Assembly (NCBI GenBank): GCA_008690995.1
Contig: VRMN01000001.1
Location: 3,162,001-3,226,000, forward strand
Direction of reading: 5' to 3'
From: Porphyridium purpureum
Lineage: Eukaryota
DNA: 64,000 bases
Below the pieces are notes generated by a model. The model worked only from the letters and a program-made list of their open reading frames with translations. It made no database searches and was not told the origin of the DNA. Shown here piece after piece: positions 37,735 to 48,700 of this stretch. The translations under genes and the position numbers were made by a program. How positions within the stretch are numbered: the stretch's first letter is position 1; every line of letters begins with the position of its first letter.

Positions 37735-38628
37735 ATGGCGTTTGTTCAAGGAGCATTGTTGTCGTCGTCTGGCGGCGCGAGCCTGTGCGCACGCTCGCGC
37801 GTGTGCGCGCTCGTCGCGCCCTCGGGCGCGGCGGCGCTCCGGCGCGTGCCGGCGCCGCGGCACGTGCGTGCACGCGGTGTGCGCATGTCTACCGCGTCGA
37901 CGTCGGCACCGTACGAGTGCGAGACCGTTGGTGAGCCCAACACGCTCGAGTTTCGACTGGTTTTGAAGCAGGGCGGCAATACGGTTTCCCCATGGCACGC
38001 CATCCCGCTGTTTGCCAATGACGAAAAGACGCTGCTCAACTATATCAACGAGATCCCCAAGGGCACGTCGGCAAAGATGGAGATTGCGACTGACGAGCCG
38101 AACACGCCCATCAAACAGGATGTCAAGAAGGGCGCGCTTCGCTTCTACAAGTACGGTGATTCGCTTGTAAATTATGGCGCGCTGCCGCAGACATGGGAGG
38201 ATCCAAAGGAGGTGAGCACTGAAACCGGCTTTGGTGGCGACAATGATCCAGTCGATCTGATTGACCTCAGCGACACTGTGATGCCCATGGGCGCCGTCTA
38301 CCCAGTCAAGGTTCTGGGCGTCCTGGCGCTGCTTGACGAAGGTGAGACCGACTGGAAGATCCTGGCCGTCAACGCAGCGGACCCGAAGGCCTCGGAGCTG
38401 AACGACATTGCAGACGCCGAAAAGGCGTTCCCAGGCAAGGTGAGCGAAGTGCGCGAGTGGTTCCGCATGTACAAGACAGCAGAGGGCAAGGGCGAGAACG
38501 AGTACGCTTTCGACGGTGAGGCGAAGGGCAAGGACTTTGCTATGAAAGTGATCATGGATACACATGAGAGCTGGCGAAAGCTGTACAATGGCGAAACTGC
38601 GAACGAGGATGACTTGTGGATCGCGTAG
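37735..38628 (+). CDS. Plastid soluble inorganic pyrophosphatase (eukaryotic family I)
   Basis: MAFVQ transit peptide, then SPWHAIPL, EIPKGTSAKMEI, NYGALPQTWEDP, GDNDPVD, DEGETDWK and WFRMYK. Confidence 0.95.
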   Translation: MAFVQGALLSSSGGASLCARSRVCALVAPSGAAALRRVPAPRHVRARGVRMSTASTSAPYECETVGEPNTLEFRLVLKQGGNTVSPWHAIPLFANDEKTLLNYINEIPKGTSAKMEIATDEPNTPIKQDVKKGALRFYKYGDSLVNYGALPQTWEDPKEVSTETGFGGDNDPVDLIDLSDTVMPMGAVYPVKVLGVLALLDEGETDWKILAVNAADPKASELNDIADAEKAFPGKVSEVREWFRMYKTAEGKGENEYAFDGEAKGKDFAMKVIMDTHESWRKLYNGETANEDDLWIA

Positions 38629-39797
38629 ACTGGCACTTCTATTCCATGTCCACGGTAGAATAGCTCGACCTTGACTCCCTCGTCTTTTTGTCCCATCGAC
38701 GTGCCAGCTCTCGCGGTTTACAAGCCCCTTTCCGGGGGCGTGCAGGTAACCGCGAAGCGGCTCGTGGCAACAGGACCGAGGCGGCAGGACCACGCAACCC
38801 TGCGCCGGTGACGGCTGGCATACGTGAACCGACGACGGACCGATGCCTTTTCTGAAAACCGGTGATCCTATTTCTCAGTCGATATCGCGAGCCCCGAAAG
38901 TCCGATGGCTTGCACGCCATACAGATCTGCCTCGGCGCTCAAGCCGGCTTGTCCGGAGCTCCTTTGTCCTGCGCCGCAGCAACGCTAGAGGATTCTCACC
39001 AAACACGCATATCTGTCTTTCTCAAACAAATATACCTATCGACATCCACGCGCAATGAAAGGACGACTTTGTGCTGGCCCGATGAGCGCACTTCATGCGT
39101 TCCACTCGCCTCGCGTCTCACTCTGTAACAGCCGATGGAGGAGCTTCGTTTCTCTACGAATCGCCCATGTGCCCAGGCATGCTCCGAAGTCGATCATGCA
39201 CTAAATGGCGGCAAGTCTGCTCAAACCACTCAAGCTCATGGCGACTGGCTCGAAAATTCATGCCATCCGGATAGATGGCGTGACTGGGAAGTATGTCTGT
39301 TGGCTGCGAGTGTCGGTCCGTGGCTAGAGACTGAAGATAACTGTCTGTTGGCAAGTAACCTCGCGAATGAAGGTCGACGCGGAGCCTGCGGCGAGTGTAG
39401 TTTTGGACCGGGAGTGCCAGCTGGACAAGATTTACGTTGAACATTGGTGCGCTCCACCACTATTTCGTTCCAGTGCGCGATTCGCGCCGGGCAAAGTGCG
39501 TTTTCTCCGCGCACAACATGCTTTCAGTGCCCACTCTACCACGGCCAATCCACACGCGGCCCCGCGCTTCTTGTGTTCGGCCACGTCGCAGCGCCGATCG
39601 CGAACTGCCCACGCCAACCGCGTTTTCGACGCCGACTCCACTCGCGCACCTTTTCTCAAATGTCCCTCATTGCGTCCGCGCCACCACGACACTCACGCCC
39701 ATCGCGCCTTGCTCCATCATGCCGCATGCATCAACCACCAGCGAATCTTCTCAAGCCTGCAACCGCTCGGCTTCTCACACATCCATCCTTTGCCTAT

Positions 39798-39845
39798 CGG
39801 TTTCCCGGTTTCCCGGTTTCCCGGTTTCCCGGTTTCCCGGTTTCT
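39798..39845. repeat. 8-bp tandem repeat (CGGTTTCC)x6
   Basis: Five exact copies of cggtttcc plus cggtttct, about 310 bp upstream of the M13 peptidase ATG. Confidence 0.9.
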
Positions 39846-40155
39846 CAGCGTCGAGCAACCACTCGGCCCGTTCGGCGCGTGTGTCCAGATGAAGCGTTCC
39901 TTGAAGCGTTTCCCCCTGATGTGCCATGATGGACGTGGAACGCGATTTGGAGGCGTGCGTGTGCGTGCGTGCGTGTACTAAAGAACACGTGTTTGTGTAG
40001 GAAGCACGCCAAGCGACGCGCAAGGACGCGGTGAATCAGCGGGAGAGCGAGGGGAGAAGAGCGGCACGTATGCATGCGGGAGAGTGGGGCGCGCATCGGC
40101 GTGGCTGGGAAGTAAGGGGGTAGGGGGGGTTTGGGTGGGTGCTGTTGTGGAAGAG

Positions 40156-42507
40156 ATGGAAGGCGCAGATGAGGAGCTGGCATTGTTGGATGGTGGGGAG
40201 GGATTCCGCGGTGCGTCGCACGATCGGGGCGCCCGTCGACATGGATGGCCGGCGGGCGTGCGTCTGAGCGCGGCCGTGCTTGTCGTCCTGTCGCTGGGAT
40301 GCATCGGCGTCGCGTGCATGAGGGGGTCGCGCGAAGCGGCGGTGCCGGATGCGCGTAGCGCCGATCGTCAGCAGAACGTGTTCGGCAGGAGCTCGTCGGA
40401 CTATGGAGACGATATGGAGTCGTCGCTCATCAAGAACAGCAGCCAGCACCCGGGGCACGAACAGGCAACGCTACTCAGAAAGTATGTGCACCACCCCCTC
40501 CATCAAATACTCAAGGACATGGACCCGACCGTCGATCCGTGCGACGACTACTACAAGTATGCATGTGGCGGTTGGCTCAAGCAGCGCCCTCTGCCCGTGG
40601 ACCGCACCATGTACTTTCGCGCGTTTGATGGCGCTGACGACGCCATTTCGGACTCGGTGCGGAAACTGATGGAGCTGCCAGAGAACCAAAAGAGCTCCAA
40701 GGCAAGCATTTTTTACACCAAATGCTTCGAAAAGCACAACACGGAAATGTCGATGCGTGATCTTGACGTGTTGGACCAATTCGAGCCCGTTTTTGATGTC
40801 GTACAGACGCAAGGGGCAGATGCCATGCCCGTCATGAAAGCGATTGGCCTGCTGCACAAGAAGGGGATCACGCCGTGGTTTTATCCCGACGTCGACGCGG
40901 ACTCGACCAATCCAAAGGAATACATTCTGTACATTGGAGAGGGCGGATTGGGCCTTCCGGATCGCTCTTACTATGATGATCACAGCGAAGCCAGCATTGA
41001 GATTCGCGAGCGCTACGTTGATTATCTCGAGTACTTGTTGAATCTGGCTCGGACAAAACTGCGCTTGGAGCGCACTGACCCTGTTGAGCTGCGGGCTCTT
41101 GCGGAAGAAATTCTTACGCTCGAGACACAGCTCGCCAAGCTGCATCCAGATGCGAGTGAGCAGAGAAATAAGGACGTTTTCTCCAAGATTGTCCATGTAG
41201 AAACCTTTGATCGCGACAACCATCCGGCTTTCTTGAAGGAGTATTTGACGGCATTGGGGGTATACGGCGCAACAAAGGGGCGTATCGTGATTCAGTTTGT
41301 GCCCTTCTTTGAGCAACTAGGGCACGTGATCAATGACGCACCGCGAAAGGTGATCCACGCATATATTATGAGCTGGATTCTCAAATACCTGGCCATGAAG
41401 GGTGCGCTTGGCAGCGTTGCGTATGATCACGACTGGCTCGTGTATCGCCACTTGCTGCGAGGACAGAAGGAAAAGGAGCCATCTTGGCACATGTGCGTCA
41501 AGCAGGCCGATATTTTCTTCCCAGACGAGCTTAATCAATTATTTCGCTCGAGGTATTTGCGCGACCGTGACGTGGAGGACGCGCGCGAGCTGATCAGTGA
41601 AATTGAGTATGAATTTGGACAGATGCTGAAGCATAACAATGGCTGGATTGATGCACAGACACGCAAGAACTCCCTAGCAAAGCTCAAGCTCGTGAAGAAT
41701 CAGATTGGGTATCCCAAGACGTACGACTCGTACAAGAATGTCGTCGTGAAGCACGCCTCGTACGGTGATATTCTGATTAAGATGCTCGAGCGCCTGCAAG
41801 CAAATGACCTTGCGCACTTGAGCCGTTCATTGGACATGAATCAGTGGTACATGACACCCAATCAAGTGAATGCTTATTACGTGGCCATGCGCAATTCCAT
41901 GACTTTCCCAACAGGCATTTTGCAGCCACCCTTTTATGCACGCTCGAACCCAGCTCCGCTTAAGTACGGTGGTGTGGGCGCAGTTATGGGCCACGAGCTG
42001 ACGCATGCTTTCGATGATCACGGCTCGCGCTACAATGGCTCTGGCTTCATGCAGAAGATTTGGTCCGACAAATCGGTCGACCAATTCCGAGAGAAAGCTG
42101 GCTGCTTGGCAAAGTTGTATGATGGGTTTGTTCCAGAGGGGCTCGACAAGAGCCACCATGTGAATGGTCGGCTGACGCTCGGCGAGGACATTGCTGATGC
42201 TGGGGGCGTGCGCACCGCCTTTCGTGCCATGCACCGGCACCTCGAGCAGTTCCCGGAAGATGGCATTGACGAGCAAAGGTACAAAATGAGTAACAATCAG
42301 TTCTTTTTCTTGCAGCTGGCGCAGACGTATTGTTATCAGGAGACGCTGGCCGACAAGCGCCTCACCATCCAAACAGATCCGCACCCACCTGGTGAATTCC
42401 GAGTTCTGGGCATCTTATCCCAATTTACCGAATTTGGCAAGGAGTACAAGTGCAAGCAAGGCTCGCGATACTATCCGGAGCACACGTGCGTCGTCTGGGA
42501 GGGCTGA
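40156..42507 (+). CDS. Neprilysin/ECE-like M13 metallopeptidase, type II membrane
   Basis: N-terminal transmembrane segment, then DPCDDYYKYACGGW, VNAYY, GILQPPFY, GHELTHAFDD, TLGEDIADAGG, DPHPPG and a terminal CVVW. Confidence 0.95.
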   Translation: MEGADEELALLDGGEGFRGASHDRGARRHGWPAGVRLSAAVLVVLSLGCIGVACMRGSREAAVPDARSADRQQNVFGRSSSDYGDDMESSLIKNSSQHPGHEQATLLRKYVHHPLHQILKDMDPTVDPCDDYYKYACGGWLKQRPLPVDRTMYFRAFDGADDAISDSVRKLMELPENQKSSKASIFYTKCFEKHNTEMSMRDLDVLDQFEPVFDVVQTQGADAMPVMKAIGLLHKKGITPWFYPDVDADSTNPKEYILYIGEGGLGLPDRSYYDDHSEASIEIRERYVDYLEYLLNLARTKLRLERTDPVELRALAEEILTLETQLAKLHPDASEQRNKDVFSKIVHVETFDRDNHPAFLKEYLTALGVYGATKGRIVIQFVPFFEQLGHVINDAPRKVIHAYIMSWILKYLAMKGALGSVAYDHDWLVYRHLLRGQKEKEPSWHMCVKQADIFFPDELNQLFRSRYLRDRDVEDARELISEIEYEFGQMLKHNNGWIDAQTRKNSLAKLKLVKNQIGYPKTYDSYKNVVVKHASYGDILIKMLERLQANDLAHLSRSLDMNQWYMTPNQVNAYYVAMRNSMTFPTGILQPPFYARSNPAPLKYGGVGAVMGHELTHAFDDHGSRYNGSGFMQKIWSDKSVDQFREKAGCLAKLYDGFVPEGLDKSHHVNGRLTLGEDIADAGGVRTAFRAMHRHLEQFPEDGIDEQRYKMSNNQFFFLQLAQTYCYQETLADKRLTIQTDPHPPGEFRVLGILSQFTEFGKEYKCKQGSRYYPEHTCVVWEG

Positions 42508-42738
42508 GGATTACCTTACTATCGTATGAAAAGGAGATGCCACCATACAGAACACGATATTGCGCGTCGCCACGACGTGATCGGACCGGCCCAAAGGCTG
42601 TCAAAAAGACCTGTGTGCGTGTCCAAAGCATCACACGCCACGGTACACACGAACGCCGACATGATGACATGGTTCGGCAGGCACGCCGCCGCCGCAGAAC
42701 GTCACGGGCAAATGTGGAGACAAGTACGAACGCTGAGT

Positions 42739-45700
42739 TTACTCGGCCTTGAGCTTGATATACGGCTCGTTTCGCGTGCGCTTCCAGTGGGGTACAGATA
42801 CGACCTGATTCTCACCCTTCCACCAGATCTCGGCCGGTGGCAAAATGCGCTCGCCAGTCCACCTAGCGAGTTCGTGCGAGTCACGGTAGACGTCAAAAAG
42901 TGCGCGCACGAGCGTTTCTTCCACGTCTAGCTCGTTGTCCTGTCGTGCCTGCAGAATGTCCTGTATAAGCTGCAGGAGATGAGGCGTATACGGCATTTCG
43001 GTGGCACGCAGCCGTAAACTACCATTGCTGAGAGGAACGCGCACCGCAGTGGCCAGTGTGCCAAGAATAATTGCGTACAGCGCGATGATCGTACCACCAC
43101 CAATGTTCAACGACGATACTTGCGCCATTTGAAACAGGTACGTCGTACTCGACGTCGTATTCTGTCCCGAGCCATCCTCGGCGCAGATGCACTGCATCAT
43201 GTTAGCAGTGCAGTCACGCAAGCTCCACCACTTCTCCAATCCTGCAAAGTAGCTAAAGCACACGGCCTCGTCACCGGTTCCAGCCACTTCAAAAGCGTTC
43301 GACACGGATGACAGAAACCAGTAACGCGGAATCGCATTCGTGAATTTCAGAGAAGTGTTTTGCCGCGAGTCTAGCGCGTTGGCCAGTTGCAAGCTTTCGC
43401 TCACCGACAAGACATGCTGACTCCTTGCCGGAAACACATCAGTCTGCGTAATTATTGCAATGGTGTATAGCAAAAACGGTGGCGCAGCTTCATCGTAGCT
43501 TCGTAGCAATTGTGCAAGTAAGGCAAAGTCCGGTGGCGTTGGCTCCCACAGCGCTGACGAACCGACCGGAAATTCCACGCCATACCATTCTGTTCGCTCA
43601 GCAGGGAACAAGGAAAAATTGTAGAAACTTGCAATTTCGGCTGCGGCATCCTTAGTGATTTGCGGTGTCAGATCCGTGACTCGTGTGAGCAGCTCATTGG
43701 TAACCTGCCCCGCCACAATATTCACGCTCAGTTCCGCCCTGCTGATAGTGCGGTTCTCAAAGAATGGATTAATGCTACTGAACAACAGAAAAGGTAGCAA
43801 AAGCAAGAAAACAATCAGTGCGAACACGCAAATGCCTTGGAAAAACCGTACCATCGGCAACGTGGCCTGTCCAAACTTGCGGCGCCTAAAGTACAGGATT
43901 TCGTTCCGGTATTGCGAGCGGAACAGCCACAACCTGATATCGGCAAAATGAAAATTCGAAGCAAAGTCGAGCGTAGACGGCACCATGGCCCAGTCGAGCA
44001 GCGTTCTTGCCACATACAAAAACGGCGTGTAATAATACACTTCAAACATGCCTGCAAAGAGCAAGTTTGCATACCGCATCAAATACTGCCCAAGCGTGTA
44101 GAACGGGAACCCAGCGCGTAGCTGGAAGCCGCTCAGAAAAAAGTAACCCGCCTTGAGCCCGAAAAAGCCTTGCGCGATCGGCCGCTGTGAGAAGTCGTTG
44201 ACGTAAAAAAATAGAATTCCAAAGTAGAGGCCGATTGACGCATAGTGCAGTAACGCCTTGAGCAACAGCGCGCGACGCAGGTAAACGACGCGGTCCGCAG
44301 TCATGAGCAGAAGCATGACCAGCAACGTAAGTACCTGGCCGAGAGGAACATAGTTGATCTCCCACCAGGGATTGTAGCTGCCGTCTGGACCCGGATCATC
44401 AAAAATAAATGTCCAAGCGAAAAGCATATAAATAAAGCAGACAAGGTCGAACAGAAACAAAAATGCATAATAATCCTTGACGATGCGCGACTGCGACGCC
44501 TTCCAAAACCGGGCCAATCGCTGCTTGAGCAAGGATATCACGGGATTGCTTCGCTCAAAATCAATCAGGTTTGCGCGACCGGAGCCGCCTTCTGCGCCAC
44601 TGTACAGACGCATGACGTGAAACGTCGAGTGCACACGGTCGACCTCTTCGTCTCCGGATACTGAGCCCAAACCAGGGCTCGAATCAGACAGGTCCTTCGG
44701 ACGCCTTGTCTGCTTGTTGGTAACATCTGCATTTCCGCCGTCGCCAGCGTGAATATCCAAATTTGGGTCAAGGTCAAGCTCACTGTGTCGACGACTGCTC
44801 ACTTTTTCTGATGTTGATGCGTTCGAGAACCGTACAGTCCTTTCCTGCGCTTCATCCTCGGACCCCGTTCGTGTGTTTTTCTGACATCCGGACGTGGTAC
44901 TGGGTTTCTCATACGGTGTTCCGTTGGCAGAAGAGCCGCTGGGTTTAAAAAGGTTCCCAGGCTGCACTACTGACTGAGCTTGAGCGTCAGAAGACAAAGC
45001 CGAGGAAGCCGACATCTTGTCCTTCTTTGGTGCTGAAGCTACGTGGTCCACCTCAATAAATTTGGCTTCGCACATACGCATCTGATCAATCGATGAATAG
45101 ACGCGGTCGCCACTGATCACTTCGCACGGATCAGGATGCAACCCAGCGAAAGGATATGGACCTTGCCTCATCTGCGCGCTTTCCCTTCCGGCTTCATACT
45201 CTGTCACAGTGCAAGGAATCTCGTCCAGCCCACGTGCATTTTCATCTGTAATCGACGCATCCCAGTAACCGCGCGCTGCGAGCACGAGACGGTGGAACAC
45301 CAGCGCTACGAAGATGAAGAGATCGAACAGAATACCGGCAGCAAGGGCGCAAACATTAATGTTGCCTACCGCAGGCGTGTATGGCGTCGAGTCGTCGAGC
45401 GGGTACGTAAATAAGGGCACCGGCGGCTCGCAATTAGACCAGTACCCTCGAGCAAAGTCCTTGAACAACAGTACAGCCACAACGCTGATCATGAACAAAA
45501 TCCAGAAAGCCCGAGACGGGCGCGGGCGCTCGACGACCAGAACACAAAATACGTAAAGCATATACATCATCGTGAAGATCGACGGATTGAGAATGAGTGC
45601 GATCAATGTAGTCAAGTACACTGGTACGGCAGATAAGCGCATAATCCACTGCACGGTCTCGTAGAACAAACTCAGATGTGCGAACTCACGCCAGGCCTGG

Positions 45701-48700
45701 CCGCGCAGCACATAACGAAACACTAGCTCCACAATGCCAGTTCTCGCAGAAGCGTGCAAGCCCAGCTGTGTGCGCGCATTCTGCACCTTGAGGTTGTTGC
45801 TTTCAGACTCGAACCACACTTGATTCACCTTTACATTTGCTCGATACAAAGCTTCGACGGTACCCAGCGTGGGCAGAATGCGCATGTACTTCTCGTAGCG
45901 TTCCCGACGTGACGATCGGTCCCGGACCATTTTGTGCGTTTTCAGAATTGTGACGAAGCGTGATCGCATGTGATCTCTGAGCGCCCGGCGCGTGCGCAAC
46001 CTCGAGCTCGTAAACAGGTAAAATTGGACGGCCGAATAAAAGGCGCTCTCCCGAATACGCCCGTCTACTTGGCCAAGCACAAACACGCCTGCGAAAATTG
46101 CAATCACCAGCCGGCCGTCGTGCGTGGATGTCTTGAAAAGGCCAACCACTGTAGCCCATGACTCTTCGGCAAATGACATAAATGGTGCCTGGTAGATAAC
46201 ATACGCGACAAGCACGCATATGGCATAAAGCCGTACAGCCTGATATATGCGCGCCTGGCTCTGCGCGTCGGACAAGAAGAACGCGAACATGGTGCACGCT
46301 GTCAGGAAGAGAATGAGAAACAACACAATCGGGAGGAACACCGACGCGGTCAACAAGAAGAACGCAAAGACTCCTGCAAAGCCGCCGAGCACCACGAGCC
46401 GCACTCGGTTCTGAAACGTCGCAAAGTCTAGCAGTTCCGAGTTCACCTCACGAGTGAAAAGCTCGGCTTGCTTTTCGGTCTGACGCTTCAACGAGTGCAG
46501 GGTGAGGCCAGCGCACAACAGCGCCACATAGGCAATCGTAAGATCCCATCGCCGAGAGTTGGAAAGGTTGAAGCGATCCACATAGAACCACTCTTGCCAA
46601 GCTGGATCCAGCCCGCTTACCATACCTTGCACAGCGGCGGGAAAGCCAAGGGTCATAAGGAACTGCACCAAAAAGGTCACCGCGAGGAGCAGCGTCACGT
46701 GGTTCCAGAAACGGCGCATGAGACGCCGTGGGAGAAGAAACAAAAAACCCACGAGGACGACATGATACGCAGCAAAGACGCTAGATACGACTGTAGCACC
46801 AATAACCAACACACACATCGAGATATCAAATCCCCAGAGAACCCAGAAAGGAAGTAGAAGTCGAACCAGCTCCACTAAGACCGCCACCGACATAAAAAGG
46901 AAGCCCACCACATTGCGCAACCAGCCAACAAAGATGCGCAAAAACAGAACTGCTGCCTTGGAGCCTTCGTCTGCATTGATAAAATCATCGATTTCTTCCC
47001 TTACACTCTCATTCGCCTTGTCAGGAACCACAAGCACGCCTGCTATTCGTTCTTCGCGCTTCAGCACGCCTCCCTCGGCAGCGCGGCGATGACTTTCGTC
47101 CTCTTGCATATCCCCTTTCTTCGAAGATCCATGATTCAAATAGGCGGGTGATTCTGTGCGATCCGCTAACATCTGGTCCTCAGGTGTCGCTCCAGCAAGC
47201 TGCCAACGCTCAGTGATGGGCTCTCCAGACCGGTTCATGTCGCCGACTTGCACAGAAGACTCCTCCTCCTGTGCCCGAACACCCACACGACCTGAGATTT
47301 CTGCACCGCCGCTCCGCCATACCGGCGAAATTGCTCGGGAACTGCCCGTAAATTCTCGGATCTCCGCACCGGTCATCAATTCATCCATTGCCAGGACCGT
47401 AAATGTCACTTCTTCCACAACATGTTCTAAGCGCACCTTATCGCGACTTGTCCCTGCGTCTCGCTGCCGGGCGGAATCTGGCAGCATAAAGTCCTTCGCG
47501 CCGTCCTGTGGGTCCTCAGCGCCAGCGCCACTTTCGTCATCGTCATCGGAGCGAACGGCAACCCCAAGGATACCGGAGCCCACACGAGCTCCGATGCGCT
47601 TGAACGTCGAGCTTTTCCGTACTTTGGCCTCAGAAGGATCAGCGCCTGCGCTTCCAGACCACGAAAACAGTTTAAATTGAGGGGATTCCTCCATGTTTCG
47701 TACTTTGCCCGTTGTCAAATCGAGAACACCGCTTCGCGTTAGCGCGTATATGCTCGCGAAGCGATGCAACAAGCAGCAAATGGTCATCAAGAAGTGACCA
47801 ACGATGGCGCGTACAGACAGCGGAATCGCGTCTGGATCTTCCACCAACACAAAGCCGATGTAACCGTACCATGTGGAGCGCTTGTCCGAATGGTACGCTG
47901 TAAAAATCATGTAGATATACTGGGCGGATAAGAAGCAGCAAGCCAGAATCAGCGTGACAGCGGGCAACACACGCCCGCTTTTCGGTACGTTGTGCAAGCC
48001 GCTCACCGGGTTTTTGACCACCAAGTGGGTACCAAAAACAATGATGAGGCTGCCCATGACCGCATAAGCGAGCGCGAAAAGGCTAGGATTGAGCAGCCAA
48101 ATCGCCGAGAAGAGGGCCCCCAGCGCCACCAACATGTGACCAAAGTTGAGAATGAGGAGCATCATAAACGCCAAAATCAGCCGCACAATGTGTGCAAGGA
48201 GTGCAAATACATACACCTCGTTCAGCCGTTGCTGCATTCCACCCGTACTGTGGGTCGGCAGCATTGTTGTCATTCGCTGCGGGCTTGGCTGAGCTGGTCC
48301 ATGCACCTTGACTGGCGGCTTGTATTGTGGTGGTAAGATGCGGGGTGAAAGAGTGGAAATTGCAGACCGCGAACTCCCAGCTGTTTGTTCATGGGGCAAG
48401 CGATGAGGCAAATGCGCCAAGTCCGCGCTACCTCTCATCGAAGAAGACGGTGGCGAACGAATGCCTGCAGAACCACCGCCGTACCCAGGTGACATGCGTT
48501 CTGACGAAGGCGATCGCAGCAGGTCAACAGATCCGGCTGATGCACTTAGAATATTGCCGTTTCTCTGCTCTTCAGCAATCAAGTGGTTTAGAGCGAACAG
48601 GTACCCCTGCCATCCAATTGTTGCAGTTGCCACCGCATCTCCCGCGGTAAGGGCTCCCGCAGAGACGCCCCGATCAAGCCCAAACACAAATTCGACGACC

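Noticed and set aside
28940..38628. PPK2 plus pyrophosphatase as a phosphate-metabolism cluster
   Set aside because: They are separated by four unrelated genes, so the proximity is plausibly chance.
39798..39845. 8-mer array as an interstitial telomere
   Set aside because: The unit does not fit the TnAGGG-type pattern, and the telomere motif of this organism cannot be determined from the window.
38630..40080. Short ORFs in the larger gaps (also 10400-11700, 32465-33400, 36770-37700 and 55014-55713)
   Set aside because: No recognisable domains or RNA-gene signatures by eye.
42175..42205. GEDIAD instead of GENIAD in the M13 peptidase
   Set aside because: The zinc-ligand Glu and downstream Asp are retained, so this is a conservative variation.
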